From the IMG/VR virus record IMGVR_UViG_2823670853_000002: a stretch of DNA of 64,000 nt; one strand, given 5' to 3'. Positions 61,169 to 64,000 of the stretch are shown here, in pieces. How positions within the stretch are numbered: position 1 is the first letter of the stretch; the number at the start of each line of letters is the position of its first letter. Origin of the DNA: a virus. Lineage: Duplodnaviria > Heunggongvirae > Uroviricota > Caudoviricetes. The translations under genes were made by a program, and so were the position numbers. The notes beneath the pieces are model-generated. The model had not been told where the DNA came from. It made no database searches and saw only the letters and a list, made by a program, of their open reading frames with translations.

Positions 61169-62004
61169 TGCAACGTTCCTGGTTTAATAACCGGCTTACA
61201 TCAGCTAAGCAAAAGTCATTGCTCTATAAATCATTGGCTGATTTGGTTCAGTCAATGATGGACACCTTTGTTGACCCATGGTTGGAGCGAATTACCAACC
61301 GGAAGTCTATTTTCTCCATGAGCAAGGAGGATCTGGAGACCAGGACAAATGAACTTGGCCAGTTTTTTACTATCAGAACGTCGAATTCATCTTCCGTTCC
61401 GATGTTGTTACAACAGCGGTTTGATGAGATCCATTTTAAGGGTACTGAACGCCCTATAAACCAGACAATTTATCGCGAATTTAACGGTATATCGGTTTTA
61501 TGGGATCCCATATATGCTCCGGTGGACTTTGAACGTCATCCCTATGGCACGGTCCTGATTCCAGAAAGCACACTGGAAACCACCGGCGGCACATTCGGTG
61601 AGATGTTTCTGACTTCCAGAGGAATGATCAGTATTCCCATAAACGACCTGGCCCGGACAATGGGTATTACTGGAACGATAGATCAGTCCGCAATTACAGA
61701 AGAAATTCTCAGAAAGTTTAATCAGTTCGTAAAGCCTCTACTGCCACTGCATATAGTGTTTGATGGGCTTACGCTCTATTTGTCGGTTGTTGTAAATGAA
61801 CAGGCCGACATGATCACTTTGAATGAGATTTCTGATACCGAAAAAGCATTCTGCTGGTTTGAAACTTCGGATACAACTTCGCTTACTGAAGTTACGTCGA
61901 TTAACGCCCCGATCACTGCAACGCCGGGCGGCACTATTGTGAAAGCAACGCCTACGTTTGATCGCACCCGCGCAGATGATTTGCTGTTGGATAGCGATGC
62001 GTGA
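61165..62004 (+). CDS. Putative baseplate/tail protein
   Basis: 279-aa ORF, ATGA-coupled. Confidence 0.4.
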   Translation: MMQRSWFNNRLTSAKQKSLLYKSLADLVQSMMDTFVDPWLERITNRKSIFSMSKEDLETRTNELGQFFTIRTSNSSSVPMLLQQRFDEIHFKGTERPINQTIYREFNGISVLWDPIYAPVDFERHPYGTVLIPESTLETTGGTFGEMFLTSRGMISIPINDLARTMGITGTIDQSAITEEILRKFNQFVKPLLPLHIVFDGLTLYLSVVVNEQADMITLNEISDTEKAFCWFETSDTTSLTEVTSINAPITATPGGTIVKATPTFDRTRADDLLLDSDA

Positions 62005-62082
62005 CAATCACCCCGTCCGCAGGGCGGGGTGACAAGTTACTTATCTTACAATGAGGCTTCACAACATTGATTAGGGAAAATC

Positions 62083-62517
62083 ATGTCTGACGTCTCAACA
62101 AACCTCTATAAGAGTCAGTTGTTGGACTATTACTATCAGCGGCGCGCTGAATCGTCCATTAACAAAGGCTCTCGATTTTTAATCAGCAAGGCCGTTTTCG
62201 GTACCAGTTCACTGGTTACTAAGAAAGGAGATGGCACTTATGAGATTGGAGAACTGCCAAAGGCTTTCGATCTGGCAGAACTGACCAGTCAATTTTGCAC
62301 CATCAACCTCGTTCCAACCTACTCAGGCGGGATAATTACTGTCCGAATGGACCTTGATCAAAGTCAGTTGCAGGAAGGGAAAAACTACCCATTCAACACT
62401 CTGGTTGTTCTGGATAACGAGAATAAGCCAATCGCCATTATTTGTGTCCAAGAAGACTCGCTGTATGTGGGCAAAACATATACCGCAGTTATGGCCATAA
62501 ACTCGACTACAGCATAA
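62083..62517 (+). CDS. Hypothetical protein upstream of the tail fiber gene (R-like position)
   Basis: 144-aa ORF. Confidence 0.35.
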   Translation: MSDVSTNLYKSQLLDYYYQRRAESSINKGSRFLISKAVFGTSSLVTKKGDGTYEIGELPKAFDLAELTSQFCTINLVPTYSGGIITVRMDLDQSQLQEGKNYPFNTLVVLDNENKPIAIICVQEDSLYVGKTYTAVMAINSTTA

Positions 62518-62528
62518 GGATATGCTTG

Positions 62529-64000
62529 ATGAATGACGTTACAGTTGTTACATCGGTTACTTACCCATCACCCGAGTCGTTGGCTCTGGTGGCTGATGTG
62601 CAATACCACGAACCATATCTGTCAGCCGCTCTAAACCGAAAATTCAGGGGAATTGTTGACCCAGGATTTTATGCTGGTTTCTTGCCTAAGCCTGGCGGTG
62701 GAATGAACCTGTTAATCACCTCAGTGGATGGAGATAAAACCGCTGGCGCGGCGTCAGTGGATATTGGTGAATTCTACCAGGTAACTATTCAGCATCGTAA
62801 GGATATCTCTCTTGCACTTAACGCAGGCAAGAAATATGCAATTGTGCTGAAGGGAAGATACCTTCTTGGAGAAGATACCTATCAGGTGAATACCGCGTCA
62901 CATATTCATGCAGCTGAATTTGTTGCCAGAACCTATACCGATTCATATCAGTTAGGTGATGGGGAACTGCTGGTTTGTACGGTGAATATCCCTGCTGGCG
63001 TATCTACCATTACTCAAGAGATGATTGATACATCCGAGCGTATCAACCGCACGATCGGCATTGATATTTCAGACTCTGTAACCAGTACCAGAAGTGATGT
63101 TGCTGCGAGTTCGCTGGCAGTTAAAAAAGCCTACGATCTGGCGAAAAGCAAGTATACGGCGCAGGATGCAAGCACAACGCAAAAGGGATTAGTTCAGCTC
63201 AGTAGTGCCACTAACAGTACGTCTGAAGTGCTGGCCGCCACACCGAAAGCTGTCAAGGCTGCATATGACCTGGCTAACGGGAAGTATACAGCCCAGGATG
63301 CAACCACGACACAAAAAGGGATAGTTCAGCTCAGTAGCGACACCAACAGCACTTCTGAAACATTAGCTGCAACTCCAAAAGCGGTTAAAGCTGCATACGA
63401 TCTAGCAGCCGGAAAGGCACCATCCAGTCATACACATCCCTGGAATCAGATCACTGGTGTGCCAACAGCTTCATTGACAGCGAAAGGCATCACTCAGCTC
63501 AGTAGTGCCACTAACAGTACGTCTGAAGTGCTGGCCGCCACACCGAAAGCTGTCAAGGCTGCATATGACCTGGCTAACGGGAAGTATACAGCCCAGGATG
63601 CAACCACGGCTCAAAAAGGGATAGTCCAACTCAGCAGTGCTACCAATAGCACGTCCGAAGTGCTGGCCGCCACACCGAAAGCTGTCAAGGCTGCATATGA
63701 TTTGGCTAATGGAAAGCAAGCGGCAGACGCTACGCTCACTGCTCTAGCGGCACTAGCTACAGCAGCAGATAAACTCCCTTATTTCACAGGTGTTGATCGT
63801 GCCGCGTTAACTGCATTGACAAGTGTTGGACGCGCCATTCTTGGTAAGACCAGTATTCAGAGCGTTCTTGATTACCTTGGTTTGGGAGAAGGCTCTGCAT
63901 TACCTGTTGGTGTCCCTGTTCCGTGGCCTTCCGCCACTCCGCCAACAGGCTGGCTGAAATGCAACGGTGCGGTTTTTTCTGCTGAAGAATACCCGGAACT
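62529..64000 (+). CDS. Tail fiber protein (partial, runs off window end), unlisted in ORF track
   Basis: Frame open from ATG at 62529 to window end; N-terminus MNDVTVVTSVTYPSPESLALVADVQYHEP typical of side tail fibers; repeated ~50-aa units (ITQLSSATNSTSEVLAATPKAVKAAYDLANGKYTAQDATT). Confidence 0.7.
   Translation, partial: MNDVTVVTSVTYPSPESLALVADVQYHEPYLSAALNRKFRGIVDPGFYAGFLPKPGGGMNLLITSVDGDKTAGAASVDIGEFYQVTIQHRKDISLALNAGKKYAIVLKGRYLLGEDTYQVNTASHIHAAEFVARTYTDSYQLGDGELLVCTVNIPAGVSTITQEMIDTSERINRTIGIDISDSVTSTRSDVAASSLAVKKAYDLAKSKYTAQDASTTQKGLVQLSSATNSTSEVLAATPKAVKAAYDLANGKYTAQDATTTQKGIVQLSSDTNSTSETLAATPKAVKAAYDLAAGKAPSSHTHPWNQITGVPTASLTAKGITQLSSATNSTSEVLAATPKAVKAAYDLANGKYTAQDATTAQKGIVQLSSATNSTSEVLAATPKAVKAAYDLANGKQAADATLTALAALATAADKLPYFTGVDRAALTALTSVGRAILGKTSIQSVLDYLGLGEGSALPVGVPVPWPSATPPTGWLKCNGAVFSAEEYPE
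63194..63608 (+). repeat. Perfect 115-bp direct repeat inside the tail fiber gene (63194-63308 and 63494-63608), plus degenerate copies
   Basis: Identical sequence read at both positions; additional diverged copies around 63120-63190, 63310-63420 and 63610-63720. Confidence 0.8.

Overview
This 64-kb window reads as a contiguous segment of a P1-like temperate phage-plasmid (enterobacterial, extrachromosomal prophage type); no integrase or att site is present. Calls rest on reading the ORF translations and DNA motifs against remembered family signatures; no database search or alignment was run, so gene names from P1 are assigned by motif plus synteny and exact identities are unverified. Left to right: packaging genes (pacB partial, pacA with an internal pac site of TGATCA hexamer clusters), lpa, the phd-doc addiction module, humD with a LexA box, hot, then a ~15-kb leftward accessory block of small genes (Ea22-like pair, PAPS-reductase-like, HAD and Ser/Thr phosphatases, two DUF115-like paralogs, GT-A-like protein, VRR-NUC, TraR-like) punctuated by C1-repressor operator-like 17-mers. 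This is followed by a rightward baseplate/tail block, ban helicase with a coupled GT4-like glycosyltransferase, a tRNA cluster (Ile-CAU, Thr, Asn) with degenerate tRNA-like repeats, TerB-like tci genes, the fused Dcm/Dam methyltransferase dmt, rdgC-like hrdC, an IS91-family insertion, a spanin-like pair, oriR-repA-incA, a T5orf172-domain gene, parA-parB-parS, head and sheath genes, a hok/mok/sok-like type I toxin module, repL, kilA, the immI region (ant, icd, c4 leader), an AT-rich cassette of three signal-peptide proteins, the Sit tape-measure/transglycosylase, baseplate genes and a repeat-rich tail fiber running off the window end. The most likely non-backbone cargo are the T5orf172 gene between incA and the par operon, the AT-rich secreted-protein cassette divergent from immI, the GT4-like gene coupled to ban, the DUF115/GT-A/phosphatase module and the hok-like locus. 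None has an assigned function here, and whether each is absent from P1 itself needs an alignment I could not perform.
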